Origin: Octopus bimaculoides | Taxonomy: Eukaryota | Direction of reading: 5' to 3' | DNA: 64,000 nucleotides | Assembly: GCF_001194135.2 (NCBI RefSeq) | Contig: NC_068986.1 | Span: 81,403,967 to 81,467,966, forward strand | Part shown: positions 62,433-64,000 of the stretch, piece after piece | Position numbering within the stretch: the stretch's first letter is position 1 | Layout of the letters: the number at the start of each line of letters is the position of its first letter | The notes under the pieces: generated by a model | Database searches by the model: none | Seen by the model: the letters and a program-made list of their open reading frames with translations, nothing else | Told to the model about the DNA's origin: nothing | Position numbers and translations under genes: made by a program

Positions 62433-63690
62433 TATCATCATCATCATCATTTAATATCCATTGTCCATGCTGGCATGGGTTGGATGGTTTGACCAGGCTG
62501 GCACACTGGAAGGCTGCACCAGACCCCAGTCTGATTTGGCATGGTTTTCTACTGCTGGACGCCCTTCCTAATGCCAACCACTCTGAGAGGGTAATGGGTG
62601 CTGTTATGTGCCACCAGCACAGGTGCAGTTTGAATGACACCAGGGTGCTTTTGCATACCACTAGCACAGGTACCAATTTGCGTGACACCAGTATCTACCA
62701 TGACAGTGATTGGTCTTCTTCTCAAGCACGACATAATGCCAAAGGTCTCGGTCATTGCCTCCATGAGGCCCTACACTCAACAGGAATTCAACTACTTTGC
62801 CTCTGTGGGGTCCAACACTTAAAAAGAACTCAGCCACTTTGCCTATGTGAGGTCCTATGCTTGAAAGGTGTTGAGGCCCAACACTCTTTATGTACCATCA
62901 GCATGGGTGCACATCACTAAAGGTTTTCGTCACTAGTCATTGCCTCTGTAAGGCTCAAAGTTTGAAGATCATGCTTCACCACTTCATTCCATGTCTTCCT
63001 GGGTCTACCTCTACCACAGGTTCTCTCCACAGTTAGAGATCAGCACTTCTTTACACAGCTGTCCTTGCCAGCACAGTCGTCTCTCTTGCATACCACATCT
63101 GATTCCTCTTACGCCTAACTTTTCTCTCAAGATGCTTACACTCTGTTGAACATGCACACTGTTCATCCAGCAATGCATGCTGGCTTCATTTCTTTCAAGC
63201 CTACGCATGTCCTCAGCTGTCATAGCCCATGTTTCATTGCCATGCAGCATAGTTGTTTGCACACAGGTATCAAACAAGCTGCCTTTCACTCTGAGAGAGA
63301 AGCCCTTTGTTGCCAGCAGGGGTAGGAGCTCTCTGAACTTTGCTCATCTCTAATCTTATTCTCACAGCTATGCTCTCAGAGCATCCACCTTCACTACTAA
63401 CTTGGTCACCTAGATAATGGAAATTATCTACTACCTCTAGCTTGCTCCCCTGGCAGTTGATGGAGTCTATTTTCTGCACATTTTCAGCATTTGTTGTACT
63501 TGTGCATCTGCCACATACAAAAGCTAATTTCCCTGTTAATATTCCTCTGATGTTGCTGCACCTTTTATATGTCCAAAGCTTACACTGGGTGCATCTTATG
63601 GAGTTTCTACCTACACCTTTTCTACAGATTGAGCAGGGCCATCTACCTTAAGGGATTTGTGATTTGTCTGCCTTCCAACTTACTAAGACT
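62433..63690 (-). mobile_element. RTE-clade LINE fragment with Cys-rich (PHD-like) insert after the RT core
   Basis: WPCSICRKGVGRNSIRCTQCKLW..KRCS...FVCGRC, VDNFHYLGD, MLHGNETW, ERRLCW; (GAT)n tail. Confidence 0.85.
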
Positions 63691-63776
63691 TTGGTTACAT
63701 ACACACACACACATACACACTTAACACACAAAGTTTATGCTTGAGAGAGGAGCTTATCAATGAGGTTTATTAAATA

Positions 63777-64000
63777 CTAGCAGAGATACCCGGCGTTGCC
63801 CGTGTTACATGCAATTGAAGGATGAGACTTTTCTCTTATATTTCCTGTAAAGAACTGGAATAGATATGATTCGAATTTCATCAAAATTGCACATGTGGGT
63901 TCTTTCCCTCTTTACACACCCTAAAAAAATTCTAATCATGAGACATGTATCCCATACTATTAATCTTTAGGCACATATTCCAAAATTTCAGTCTTCTGGA
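63777..64000 (-). mobile_element. 3' end of a Helitron-like element running off the window
   Basis: Minus strand reads CGGGCAACGCCGGG hairpin then CTAG followed by T. Confidence 0.55.

Overview
AT-rich (~33% GC by eye), microsatellite-dense animal genomic DNA with six N-gaps. The SINE and LINE families look like those I recognise from Octopus (inference, not verified by search). Two genes are well supported and lie head-to-head about 325 bp apart. (1) LENG8/THP3-like SAC3/GANP-family gene on the minus strand: 15 coding exons hand-assembled with GT-AG sites and matching phases from 21296 down to 157; the last exon lies left of the window. (2) A complete MCM10 encoded by one uninterrupted 845-codon ORF (21622-24159, plus strand), unusual because MCM10 is multi-exon in vertebrates such as human. 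A perfect 23-bp hairpin follows in its probable 3' UTR. The remaining ~40 kb contains no confidently identifiable gene. It holds mariner elements (one very Hsmar1-like), DD37D maT relics, pogo/Tigger, piggyBac-like and Merlin-like MITEs, a Helitron end, RTE, R4/Dong, L1/Tx1, CRE-like and Penelope retroelement fragments, and tRNA-derived SINEs. A low-confidence chain of phase-compatible small exons lies on the minus strand at 39.5-57.4 kb. No CRISPR array, rRNA or true tRNA gene was seen. All homology calls are from remembered motifs, not database searches.
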